DNA of 61,468 nucleotides, counting the filler, from Globobulimina sp. (Eukaryota), in assembly GCA_003354225.1 (NCBI GenBank). It is 20 parts of 20 records of this genome, joined end to end, with 100 filler letters (N's around TTAATTAATTAA, not from the genome) between each part and the next. Parts side by side here need not be neighbours in the genome. Positions count along the whole stretch, not along the records: positions 43,110 to 46,086 come from PIVH01004163.1; positions 46,187 to 49,163 come from PIVH01004164.1; positions 49,264 to 52,240 come from PIVH01004165.1; positions 52,341 to 55,316 come from PIVH01004166.1; positions 55,417 to 58,392 come from PIVH01004167.1; 15 more parts are not named here. The stretch is one strand, 5' to 3'. This document shows positions 43,204 through 55,560 of the stretch, piece by piece. How positions within the stretch are numbered: position 1 is the stretch's first letter; each line of letters opens with the position of its first letter. The notes below the pieces were generated by a model. The model was not told the origin of the DNA. It made no database searches and saw only the letters and a list, made by a program, of their open reading frames with translations. The position numbers and the translations under genes are program-made.

Positions 43204-44334
43204 CTATAATTTAGATTTCGATCTATATTTATTAACCTTATACGTAGCATTATCAATTCTATACACACATTGCGCCAAATTAAAATACGCCTCATACTCA
43301 ATGGTATCCGGTGTTACATCATCATGGTAATGCCCACCTTGTTGACTCCCATCCAATGCATAATAGTGCGTATGTTCCAACCTTAAACCCATCGATTTAT
43401 TTGGTGTGGGATCATCGGTGATCATCGTTGCAAACATCACCAAATCTGGTCCAACATCGTAAAAATTTATCCATTCCTTTGGTGGATGGCATTGATATTC
43501 TGCAAAATTCGACATTATATGTCCACGGATTTTGCCTTTAACGATTTTGATCACTCCACCTATAAATATTCAATATATTATTAATATTCTATTATTACTG
43601 TGCTCTGCAGGAAGAAACATGTATTTTTTAATGTATATATATACCACAAAAAATAAATTTCTTTCAACAGAGATACAAAACATACCCAATCCAATTTGTT
43701 TGGTGCTATCTCCCAACGGTTTCAATATTTTGTCAGTTAAAACCTGACGTACAGCGTTTGTAAAATTGGTGGCCGATATTCTTTGCTTACACCGAATATA
43801 TAATACATTGCCCTGTGCACTGCCATCAGACACAAATAAATTGGACAAACAGCCAACTTTAATACTGTCATACTTTGCAACCACCGGATTTCTCAACGCG
43901 TATACCTCTGCACAGCGGGTATTGTTTCGGATGATTTTGCCAGAATCCATAAGAGTTATATTTGGTATTAATTCAGCATTATTTGGAAGCATTTTTGAGG
44001 AGGCAGCGCCTGCACCAAATACCAATGCTTGCTTTGTTTTGATGAATTTCAAGACATCGTCCATGGACCATATCTTCCGTTGTTCTTTTTGAGATATTAA
44101 AAAATCTATAAATGGAGGACCACCGATTTCAACTAAAGTTGGATTACCACAAATTCCTTTGGAGGCGACATCGCCCCATTTGCGCAAATCTGGACATGGC
44201 ACCACTTTTACTTCTGCCTCCTGGAAATAATCCCGTAAGCCAGATTGCAAACCGCTAACTAATGATTGTAACGGCGGATTGTAAAATCCTGCTGCTACCC
44301 ATTCTTCTGGTCCTTGGTTGCAAGCAATTGACAT
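43204..44334 (-). CDS. C11orf54: C11orf54/DUF1907 homologue (Zn-binding PTD012 family) ending in SKL
   Basis: VVPCPDLR, GICGNPTLVEIGGPPF, GLRLEHTHYY..GGHYHDDVTPDTIEYEAYFNLA. Intron at 43560-43685 restores IGLGGVI. Confidence 0.9.
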
Positions 44335-44662
44335 GGTTCAGTTAGTGAAGTTTTCAAAACATGAGAGTTTTAGTATAGTTTTATTAGTTTATGATGAATG
44401 TTGCAGAGTTAATTAACGATAAATTAAATGTATAAAAAGAGAATATAACATTATTCGTACTTTTCTCAACTTTAAAATTTCTGAGAATAATGAGAATAAA
44501 TAAATGCAAAAGATTAATTTTCTCACTTACTAACTGAAGTTTTTTCCAACTTTAAAGTAGCATTCCAACGGCCTCTTCAGAGCACACTCAGGACAGTAAG
44601 CGTAAATCGTTTACAATTTGTCTTTCCATCATCATAGCAATCGTCGCTTCCGCCTACACCTA

Positions 44663-46086
44663 TTACAAATACCACACGTCCAAACCCAAAATGAGTGATG
44701 CTGCTAAAAACACAAAAGCAGCAAACTCCGCCAATCCAAACGCAAAATATGTCATAAACGATAGAAATATTAACGGTATAACAAGCGCTAAATATTGTAT
44801 AATACTAAAATGTGTTGAAAACAGCGCAGCATATTTTCCATTGTACTGTGTATATATTAATATTATCGGATTTATAATATAAAATACATAAAATAGATAA
44901 TTTATGCAAAATATAATCAAATTAAAATATCTTCCTTTGCATTTATTGTGTTTAAATATGTAGAAATACCATGCGATACCGATTATAATTTGATGAATCC
45001 CAATAATTAAAGCATACATAACTACAAATTGCATATCTTGAGCTAATAATACATTGCTAAAACTAGTTGTAACTCCATTATATTGTAACAATGCCATTAT
45101 TTGAATGGTTAAAACAAAAATGTTTTTAACAATTAATGAAAAAACATACATAGCAACATCCAAACCACAAATATAATTATATTGCATTAATAATTTTGAA
45201 CATTTATTTTTTTCACTGCACTTAAAACAACGATAAATCCGATCGTCATCATAAATATCATAAATTCCATAAACAAAATTAACAAAATCCACCAAAAAAA
45301 TCCATAGAAAATACAAGAAACAAAATAAAAAGCAGATGAAGAATATGCAAAAAACAGTCAACCAACACCATGGTTCATACGTGTTATTTTTATAATTAAT
45401 TATTTCCGAAAACGCTTGTTTATCATTGCTAAATAAGACATTTTTATTCACATTAAAATTATCATCAATATATAATTCATCATTCAATTGAATATCATAA
45501 ATTTGTGCCATTCCAAACATAAAACATATAAATATTAGCAATATGTAACAAAATAATAACAAACACCGTGCCTTTATGTATGGATTACAGATAAAGCGTG
45601 TTATACATTTTATATTACAAATACATTGTTGCCGTTTATCATCGCTTTCGGGTTTTTCATCTGTTTTTTGATTATTGTGATAACTATCACTTTCACTTAT
45701 TTGTGGTTCAATGTCTTGTTCATAGATTCGCTGTGAATTAACCATTAATTCTATAGCTACTTCTTTTTGTTGCGGCAATTGTGGTAATTGTGGTACAGCG
45801 GGTAATGGTTTCTTTAAATGCCTAGCATATGAATATGGATCAGTTGACTGTGAACGCGAGGATTCATGTCTTAAATTAGTTTGATTTGGTGGCAATTCAT
45901 ATGCATACGTATTATTATTATTGGTTTTAGTTTTTCTATGATGGGTGACAGCCGCTGCTATCTTGTTAATAGATATTATGTTTGTAATTGTGGGTAATGG
46001 ATCTGGTATATTAGGATGACTTTGATGGTGACTATGATGTTGTTTTGGTTGCTTATCACGGCTTTCTAATACATTCATCTTTGTGG
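44663..46086 (-). CDS. Hypothetical multi-pass membrane protein; both ends uncertain
   Basis: Long ORF with a disordered N-part and 6-7 hydrophobic helices. The last ~25 codons appear to be antisense of another gene. Confidence 0.6.
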
Positions 46087-46186
46087 NNNNNNNNNNNNNN
46101 NNNNNNNNNNNNNNNNNNNNNNNNNNNNNNTTAATTAATTAANNNNNNNNNNNNNNNNNNNNNNNNNNNNNNNNNNNNNNNNNNNN

Positions 46187-47120
46187 GGATTGGGAGAAAG
46201 CAAGTTGGTTTTGGTGGAGTCATTGGATTATGACAATAGTTGCTGCATTTTCTTTAAGTATCGTTGTTGTTATACATTGCAAAAATATTATTTCTGATTT
46301 ATACACCAAATCAAGAAGTTCTTTATCTCATCGCGAGTCATTGCCACACATTACTTTAGAATATAAATTATTGTCATGGTTCTCATTGTTGTCAATTGTA
46401 TTATTTACAACGGAGTTGCAGTTGGATTGGATTGTTGGTTTGAGAATCATTCCATTGTTTTATTGTAAAACTAGTAACATATCGTTAGCGGACATATGGT
46501 TCACTGCGAAATTGTTTATGTATCTCGTGTTTCTGTTGAGATTGGACATGGTTTACAAATCATCATCGTATGCCTACAAAAGAAAATATTTAATAACTGT
46601 GGCAATCATAATTATCATTGCTATATTAACAGCAAATATTATCCATCCATTGACTTCTAAAATGACTAAAAATTCGGTATTTATTTACAATGAAATTGGA
46701 GTAATTTGTCATGTCTTCTTCAATAAATTTGTGATTTCATCTATACTGTTTTTGGAATTTTTTGCATCATTTGGATTCATTGCAGCTTTTTTGTATCCAT
46801 TGCTCAAAAATATAAATCATATCAAACAAACTCAAGCTCATGACACAAATATTGGAGATAAATTGGTTAAAATATGTTGACATTGCTGCAAATAACATAT
46901 TTTTCTTATTTCTTTGTTAAAATGGATGAGGTTATAAATTCGATATGCATTGTATTGATGACTCCATATTATGCAGATAACAAATATTATAAAAAGTTGT
47001 GTTGCGGAATGTTACGGTGTTGTAATCTGTGCGGAATTAATCGGTGATGTTGAAAACAAAAATAAAGCAGGAACCGCCATATCCATTCAATTGGAAACAG
47101 AAACGAATACAAAAAACTAA
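46187..47120 (+). pseudogene. Degenerate 7TM/GPCR-like gene
   Basis: Five TM helices (TAKLFMYLVFLLRL..Y, FLYPL). A frame change near 46870 leads to MDEVINSICIVLMTPYY..YKKLCC, and another follows near 47040. TM6 looks partly deleted. Confidence 0.65.
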
Positions 47121-47310
47121 ATTTATACGACTTAGGGAACTATGCATATATCACCACGGAAGGTGCTATCACTGCTATTGTGTGTTTACAGTAAAAGTGA
47201 ATAAATCATATTGTTGTTTTTGCGCATGTCAAGATATTGATAAAAACGATGTAAATTAATTATTTGTATGCACAAACAGATAAATTAAAAAAAAAGGCAG
47301 ATGTGGAATT

Positions 47311-49076
47311 CTACAAAATAGATTTAGCAGTAATCCAATCAAAGTCATACTGCGCTGGTAATCCAATATGCGATACATTTGGAAATTGAGTCCATTTAAA
47401 TACAGGTTGTTGATCATGTGTTGGTCCATTTTGTATTATGGCATAAACATTTGTCAACATTTCAAAATTAGCAACTTTTGTATCAATGCCTCCTGAATTC
47501 CGTTTATTTTGTGAATCTAAATCTGCTCTGCACATAATTGCCCAGCACGCATTATTTTGCTCTATCTCATCATTCATATAATCATTGTATCGCATTAACC
47601 TCTCAATCATTGTTAAATTATTTGCATTGTTTGCATCTCTTCGGAATATCCCTTCAATTTTATAATGATTTTAATAAATAATGAGAGAAAAACATAATAA
47701 TTAACTTGCTCTTGGTGCTAAATCATAAGAGGCAGTCGGACCATGTATGTGGGCTTGTTCTGCGGTGCCGCTTTCATTATAAATATAGGGCAATGCTGCT
47801 ACATTGTAACTAGGCCAATAACCACGTTCTAATATTTGCGTTTCATCGTTGTATGTGCAATTACCAGGGATTTGTTCCAATATCCATAATAATCCATCCT
47901 TTAATGGCTCATTTGGTTTAAATATATCATAATTTAATATCATCCATTGGTTGTTATATGTGCCGGAATTATATTTTGAAAACATTTCCGCCCATTCTTT
48001 ACCATTCGATGCCAATGCATTTGCGATTCTAACTCTTTGCCATGTAAATAAAGTTTGTGGCGATAAGTGAGTCCATAAAGAATTGTTGTAAATACCATTG
48101 GTTGTCTAAGTATATTGCAATTTTCATTGTGGTGGTCGGACAATAAATTACAATTTGTATTTTTTTAAAACTTAACTTCCATTGAAGCTAAACCAGAATC
48201 CATTAAATAATAATCATCGACACTCGATAATGTTCCAGGAAACGATGACATTGATAAATGATAAGTTGCCACATCCAAATCCAGAGCAAACTTATAATGT
48301 TTATATATTCTGTTCATTCTATAATAATTTGTCCACGTTGAATGTGCAAAATATATATCATCGAATGTCGGTGTTACTTTAATCACAGCCGAACAAGAAC
48401 CCATTTCCAAAACTACTCTCATAAATTCATCGCGTGTCATATTATCCCAATCCATATTATATTTATTTGGATCAAAAACATGCAACAAATCACCAAACTC
48501 CTCCAAGGAATTTAAAAATAAAAAAGAAAATGCATCCAATTGAGGCAAGTTTATATCTGTTTCATTTGCTGCCATATTATAACCATTTTGCAATCCATCC
48601 AATTGCGCTAAAATTAAATCCATATATTGCCAATATACATATTCTGGATCAGTGCTTGAATTATGATTTGCAATTTGTTTCACTGTCCACTCAAACTGTG
48701 TTGTGGTCCAATTTATTAATTGACTAAAATATGGCTCATATTCCGAACCTCTTTCATTCCATATATTGAGCCATTGATAATAAATCTCAAATGGAGCCAA
48801 CCAACCTTCTAACAAACCGGCTGCATACATTCGATCATAATCAGTAACATTGACAGATTGCGCTGTGGTTGTTTTTATTTCCAATATGCTCCAACCTGTT
48901 ACGTTTAGTGAGTCGGTAAAATAACCACATGCGACTGCTAATGTGTCATTGCAGTCAATTTCATTTGCTATGATTTTATATTGGTTGTCGATGTAATATA
49001 CTGTTCCATTTCTATCTAATCTTGCAGATAAGGTGATTGTCACTGATAATGCTAACCAGCAAAGTAGTGGTGACAT
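47311..49076 (-). CDS. Phospholipase B-like protein (PLBD family)
   Basis: Signal peptide, TGWSILEI, CSAVIK, AHSTW, SSVDDYY, NSGTYNNQW, EQIPG, YWPSYN, MRYND, GGIDTKV. Introns at 48106-48176 and 47652-47705 restore SMETTN and APRARIFRRD. Confidence 0.96.
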
Positions 49077-49263
49077 GAGTTTTTATCATAAAACCGAAAA
49101 CTAAGGAGCCTACACAAGTTAAATAGTCGCCTAAATAGTTGCCTAGGTTTCCTAAATAGTCGCNNNNNNNNNNNNNNNNNNNNNNNNNNNNNNNNNNNNN
49201 NNNNNNNTTAATTAATTAANNNNNNNNNNNNNNNNNNNNNNNNNNNNNNNNNNNNNNNNNNNN

Positions 49264-51123
49264 GACTATGTTGAATAATATGTTGCGCACATTTCTCACC
49301 CAACATAAATACCAACGCCATAGGACCAGCATTAGTGGAATATGGCCATATGGACGCATCAACAACACGTAACCCTGTAACTCCACGCAATTCACAATTT
49401 GAATCCACAGCGTATTCATTGCTGCCGCCCATACTCACTGTTCCCACCGCATGCAACGCACTCGTTGATCTTCTAAAAATATGCTCTTTTAACTCTCGGA
49501 CAGTTTTATCCATTCCGGGACTCTTTTCTCTAACAAACACGCTATTATTCGCAGACAAAAATATTTTCCTTAATTCATAAATTGCCGCAATTATAGTATC
49601 ATAATCTCGTGAATCACTAAAATAATTGTTATAAACCTTTGGATATATTCTTGAATCTAAATCTCTTAATTCTACGGTCAAATTTTTCGAATACGTTGCT
49701 GTATCAATGATCAATGTAATCGAATTTCCTGTTCGTCGCTCCCTGGAATGAACATAAATGTCATTATAATCCAATCCTAACCGATCGAATGTATTCGATG
49801 ACAAATATATGAACACTTCGCCCTCATTGGCAAAAATGCGAGTAATTGCACCATCCTTCAATGTAAAACCTCCATATTCATTTTTTGCTACTTTTGCCAT
49901 ATCCAATGTATATTTAACGTCAAAATAATTATGATCTTGTCCAAATTTACCAATATTTTCATATGATTTGTGATGAGCACTGACTGTAATATTGAACTTA
50001 TTTAATTGCTGTTTTGGTCCAATCCCAGATAGCATCAATAATTGAGGCGATTGGTACGTTCCCGCCGCGATAATGACTTCGTGTTTGCAATACACAGACA
50101 ACAATGTGTTGTCATTAACATTTGACCAATATTCAACTCCCACTGCTTTCGGCGTAACTTTACTTTTCATTGAATGCTGGTTGCCATTAAATTATCAAAT
50201 AAAACGCGTTGAACAGTCGTGTTATGCCACACAGTCAAATCGTACAAGCCGCCAATGTCTCTGATGTAAGATTGCGAGGAAGATTCGCGATAAAATGAGG
50301 TGTTATATAAACCATATTTGTTGTTTGCATATTGTTTAATATTCGTATCAACGAAACCAATGCCGTATTGAGAGTAAGCACCATTCTGATGATTATTAAA
50401 AGGCAAACCATGCTGTATCGCAGTGTCAAACACGGCTTGTAACTTATTTTCCCATTTTTTAATATTTTTCTGATACATTGTAAGCGGTCCGTTGCTTCCA
50501 CGCAATGTCTTGTTTTCACCCAAATAGGTTTCTAGCTTTTGAAAATAGGGCAAAACATTGGCAAAGGACCAATCGGGTAAATCCATGTGTTGCGCAACGA
50601 AGTCGTAGTCGCGAGTACTCCCTCTCCCCCATGACAGGCCATTATGTGACAAACAACCGCCCAGCATTCGAGCCCGATACATATTGACCTGTCGATCCAA
50701 AACGGTGTGGTTAGCGTTCCAAAATGAGGGCATTGACGCAGTATTTTGCCAATTTAATTGCTTTACGTTGGTAAAAAACCAGCCTTTATATGGGAGCATG
50801 GCGGTGCCTGCAAGCAAATCGCCAAAAGGAAGTGCATCGCAATCTGTGCAAGAATATGTTAAATCATTTGGACCTGCTTCGATTAACAACACTTTGTATC
50901 CTGCTTCGGCCAAACGAGCAGCAGTAACACCACCGGTTGCTGATCCCACCACGATATAATCAAACAAGTGTTCATCTGCATCAATTGTTGTAGTATCGAT
51001 ATCATTATTCGGAGCTCGAGCATCGACAAATATAATTTCATCATTCGCAATAGTTTGGCTTGGGTCTGAGAGTAAAAAATATGATATCCATGCATAGAAA
51101 ATAAATATCAACACTATTGCCAT
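49264..51123 (-). CDS. GMC oxidoreductase (choline dehydrogenase/glucose oxidase family) with one frameshift
   Basis: FDYIVVGS..AARLAE..VLLIEAG, MLGGCLSHNG, EVIIAAG..SPQLLMLSGIG, HAVGTVSMG, GLRVVDASIWP. The two halves differ by a one-base shift near 50187-50193. Confidence 0.9.
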
Positions 51124-51230
51124 GGTTTGGTGGTTGATTTCTTTAAAACTATATGGTGACATGTTGTATTATATATTAGTTAGTGTGGATTCAGTTAAAA
51201 ACTTTAATTTTTTAGTTCAAATAATACATA

Positions 51231-52240
51231 ATGGAGAGGCACTTCTAGAAACAGTTGCATTCGGATTACGACAAAAAAACATCATGATCACTTTCCAAAT
51301 TCGTTATCATCTTACTGATGGTGACGAAGATTTGTCTGCAATCATACAACTACTCCAAACTGAGTACACCAGAAATCAAGATTCTTTGTATCGAGAGGTA
51401 ATATCGTCAGTTATTAATCCAACCTATAAATATTGTATATTTTTTCATTGGCTGCAACAAAGAATATCGAAACACGGTATGCATGCAATCATTGACAAAC
51501 AGGTATGCATGCAATCAAAATACGGTATGCACGCCGTGCAAATAATTTCTATGATGGTTTCCCAGTATCAATACGAATCCATAAAATTCCAAAAGCTAAC
51601 ACTACCACTTTGGAATAATTTTATTGTTCCGGCCATAAATTATTATCTGGAATCACAATCAGATCATATTTGCCTTAAATCACAGTTATCTCGTTATTCA
51701 TGTCATATTTATCGACTTTCAAATTGGGATTTGATGAGCAATCCGATATGTTGTTTTTAACTGCTTTTGACAGTTTTTTTGAGACTACAGAGTTTACACC
51801 GTCAGAGAATATCTATTTTGATATTATTAAGGATGCATTGGTTAATAGTACATCAAAAAAGAAATACTTTACCCAATGGATGACAAGCAATGAAGCAGCA
51901 ACGTTTCCAATTAGACATGACATATTTAATGAGTTTCTTTGCAAATTATTGAGTGATACTAACCAGACTCTGACTTATTATCAGAATTTATGGAATGCGA
52001 TTAATTATGTTAGGATTGGACTGGATAAAATGTTATGTGATTGTGACACTGTGTATATATTAATAGAAGGCGCGCATTGTAAATTTAATAACAGTTCAAA
52101 TTTAGCACGGAAATCATTACACAGTTTACATTTAATTTGGACGTTGCTGATTGAAAAACAAGTGACATATTTGATAGATGAGAGAGCATTAAACATGACA
52201 CATGATTGCATTAAACAGGTTCAACAAACAATGTCACAAA
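51231..52240 (+). pseudogene. Frameshifted hypothetical gene
   Basis: ATG at 51231 is out of frame with the following long ORF. ORFs 51122-51760 and 51700+ overlap with a frame change near 51690. Confidence 0.45.
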
Positions 52241-52342
52241 NNNNNNNNNNNNNNNNNNNNNNNNNNNNNNNNNNNNNNNNNNNNTTAATTAATTAANNNN
52301 NNNNNNNNNNNNNNNNNNNNNNNNNNNNNNNNNNNNNNNNCT

Positions 52343-52564
52343 TTTATGAGATCAATACAAAAACAGACGGATAATGCTCCAAAAACGAAACCAACAAAGA
52401 GTAAGACCAAAAAACGTAAAACTAAAAATAAACGTCACTACAATAGAGAAGCATCAATGTCAAGAGATGACAGCATCACAATTGACTCCAGAGAGCTAAA
52501 TTTTGCGCAAGATCAACCTGAACAAACTCAACAAACCAAAAAGAGTACGCCAGGATGTTGTTAA
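52343..52564 (+). CDS. C-terminal fragment ending in -CC (Rab-like prenylation tail)
   Basis: Hydrophilic basic tail ending STPGCC*; no G-domain present in the contig. Confidence 0.4.
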   Translation, partial: FMRSIQKQTDNAPKTKPTKSKTKKRKTKNKRHYNREASMSRDDSITIDSRELNFAQDQPEQTQQTKKSTPGCC

Positions 52565-52740
52565 TTAAGCACATTGTTTTTATCATTTTTGTTTATTAAC
52601 TGTTTAAGAAATAAATGTTTTTGGTCGGATTTTGTTTAAATTTATTTGAATCAACCAACACAAAAAGATTTATGTAAATTTTTACTTTAAATTATCGCTG
52701 CACTGCAAAATGGTAATTACATTGTTTTATGGAGTTCTTT

Positions 52741-53399
52741 TTATTTATATGATTGATACCTATCATGGTAATTGTTGCTGCCACGTCCGCGCGGATTATA
52801 TGTGCCTCTGCCTCGCGGACTGTATCCTCTGCCACCACCACGGGATCTGCCTCTTGCACGCGACGAGTTGCTCTTATATCCGCCCATACGTTCTTGCGTC
52901 ATCTCCTTCATTCCGCGCCCCATTCCCAAGCCTGTTCCGTATTTTTTATAGGCCGGATCTAAACGTTTGAACATTGGCGCATGTTTTAACATATCTGGTA
53001 CGACAATAAAACGTATTTTTGAACCGCGAATGTATACATTGTTCAATTTGCGAGTTTCTCCGTTTTTATTCCAATGCGTTACGTGATGCACGCGGATATT
53101 CATTGAATCCTTACATTATTGTTGTGTGTGTGTTTGGTGTTCAATTGTTTGAGCGTCAAAATGTTTGTGTGAGTGCAAGGATAAACACCATTGTAGTTTG
53201 CAATTGGTAGTGTGTGGTGTGGAGTGCATCAGAATTAAATGTTTATTGTATTGTTTTGTGACAAAAAAAGAGAAAGATATATAACCTCAGCACCATCCAG
53301 TTGGCCACGAAACATTTCTCCTGTGATTGTTTCGACACAAATAATGTGACCCACACATTCATGCAATAATTTGATGGGTACTCCTATTCCATGCGGCAT
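52741..53399 (-). CDS. SNRPD3: Small nuclear ribonucleoprotein Sm D3
   Basis: [63 protein letters not shown]-rich tail. Intron at 53110-53285. Confidence 0.97.
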
Positions 53400-53452
53400 G
53401 ATATTGATTTAAGTTTTTTTTATGATTTATTAAAAGAGAGTCAAATAATATA

Positions 53453-54257
53453 ATGGCGACAGAAAAGGAGATGAAAGAACAACTGGATGTCATCAAAAGT
53501 CTCGCAAATAAACCAAATAACGTTGTTGAGGAGAATTATACCCGATATTATGCAGTGGATAAAGAAACGCACAAAGATGTGTATGTGCACAAACATTACA
53601 ATGGGTATGTCATGTAATAATTTATTTTATTGCTGATTTTAATTTTTTATTCAATTTAATTATAGGATGTTTGTCATTGGTTTGGCTCCATCGCATCCGA
53701 TACGAATCAATAAATTGGATATTGTAAAAATTAGCTTTGATATCAGAAATAGGACAGCCTCGAGTTTTGATGTTAGTGGAAAAAAAAAACAAAATGCCAT
53801 AAAGTTTCAACCAAACACTAAATTATGCAATTTATACATTCAAAATGATGATAAAATTGACATTGACATTGCCGATAACAAAGAAAATAAATTAGAAAAT
53901 GATGATAAAATTCACATTGATACTGTTGATAACAAAGAAAATGATGATAAAATAGAAGAGGATATTATAAATTCAAAAGATAATGTTGAATGTTTTGCAT
54001 TTGAACCTCAAGTGCACGGAAAAGTAATTGAAATCAATAAAAGGTTGATAAATAATCCAAAATTAGTGATTGAGAGTGGAGACATTGAAGGCTATATTGC
54101 GATTTGTGAGAGTATCAATTACCAATGGAGTGGAAGGAAAAATAATAATGCAAAAAAACGAAAAATACAGAATATAGAAGATACTCTATTGACTCAGCAG
54201 CAATATCAAGAATATTTAACACAATTTAACCTCAATGTCAACTCTGAACTCTTTTAA
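53453..54257 (+). CDS. ABITRAM: ABITRAM/FAM206A (Simiate) homologue
   Basis: YTRYY..HYNG|MFVIGLAPSHP, VSGKKKQNA, VHGKVIEINKRLINNPKLV..EGYIAI. Intron at 53605-53665. Tandem ENDDKI insert at about 53841-53957. Confidence 0.85.
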
Positions 54258-54348
54258 CTACCATCTTGGTTAAATATGCCATTTTTGAATTTTGATCTCT
54301 CGAGTTTTCCTTTTTCAAAGGCTTTTTGAGTTGAAAACAAAACGTAGC

Positions 54349-55316
54349 ATGTCTGAGACAGGATTTGTGGGTTGGTCGTTTAAAGACTCTTATCCAATGT
54401 ATTTGGCAGAATTCCTTGGTACAATGTTGTATTCGATGACATTTGCCATTACAACAGAACCAAACACAATTTATGAACATATTGGCCCCAACGAAGACAA
54501 AGTTGTTGTATCAATCAATGAATCATATTTTATTGCACCAATTGCTGTTGGATTTATCGTTATTGCCATGATATACGCATTTGGCCACATAAGCGGTATG
54601 GTATACATTCACAAAAACACACCTCTTTTTTTTGCCAATACAAAGTGATAAAAATACACAAATACATAGGTGCCCATTTCAATCCGGTTTGCATGAAAAA
54701 CATATTTTATTTGTAACATAATATAATATAATATAATATAATATAATAATACATATCTGCATATACTAAGGCAATAACAGTGGCAGTGTGGATTCGTGGC
54801 TTCATCACACCCATTGATGCCATTATATTTATAACCGTACAATTACTCGGAGCATTTTGCGGTGCAACGCTAGCTTGGATTATTACAGACAAAGTACCGT
54901 ATGTGATACCGGGAGGCGATATTCAATGTCGTAACGTACCGCAAGGAAGGTGTCTCGTGGCAGAAATCATATACTCATTTGCTATTTGTTTAGTTGTTAT
55001 TAATGTGGCAACCACAGAATCACAAAGAGGTAATTTCTTTTATGGTGTCAGTATAGGAATGACTGTAGCCGCCGGTTTAGCGTCTGTACAAAAAATAAGT
55101 GGAGGTTAAATATATTGTATTTGTATAAAAAATCCATGTAAATAAATAAATAAATACATACATACATGCACACTAATTAAGGATGTTTTAACCCGGCATT
55201 AGGAACAGCATTATCGATATTTTGTACATTCAATGATAGTGGAACTATACAATATATTTGGATATATCTACTCGGTCCAATCATTGGTGCCATCATAGGT
55301 TTTGCTTGCATTTCTG
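54349..55316 (+). CDS. Aquaporin/MIP channel, 3'-truncated
   Basis: AEFLGT; exons 54349-54595, 54670-54686, 54771-55104, 55182+ give GHISGAHFNPAIT and ISGGCFNPALG; WIYLLGPIIGA. Confidence 0.95.
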
Positions 55317-55560
55317 NNNNNNNNNNNNNNNNNNNNNNNNNNNNNNNNNNNNNNNNNNNNTTAATTAATTAANNNNNNNNNNNNNNNNNNNNNNNNNNNN
55401 NNNNNNNNNNNNNNNNAAAGAGTTATTGCCCATGGTCAGCATACTTAGTTACAAAGTGAAGCACTCAAATGTTAGTAAAAATAGAAAATTTAAATGTTGA
55501 TTGAAGAAATGAACTAAAAGCAAAAACCCTATTGGAATTTGAAATTTCTGGAAATAATAA

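Noticed and set aside
49120-49163. CTAAATAGTCGC-like short repeats at a contig end as a telomere or CRISPR repeat
   Set aside because: There are three imperfect copies, no spacers of regular length, and the motif is not seen at other contig ends.
36440-50200. Euplotes-style programmed frameshifting as the cause of split genes
   Set aside because: Shift directions differ, there is no shared slippery or AAA-stop motif, and the ABCB shift is about 19 codons before the next stop.
54716-54752. ATAAT/ATAT-rich repeats in introns and poly-Q/N/G/D coding tracts
   Set aside because: Ordinary microsatellite and low-complexity sequence in an AT-rich eukaryote.
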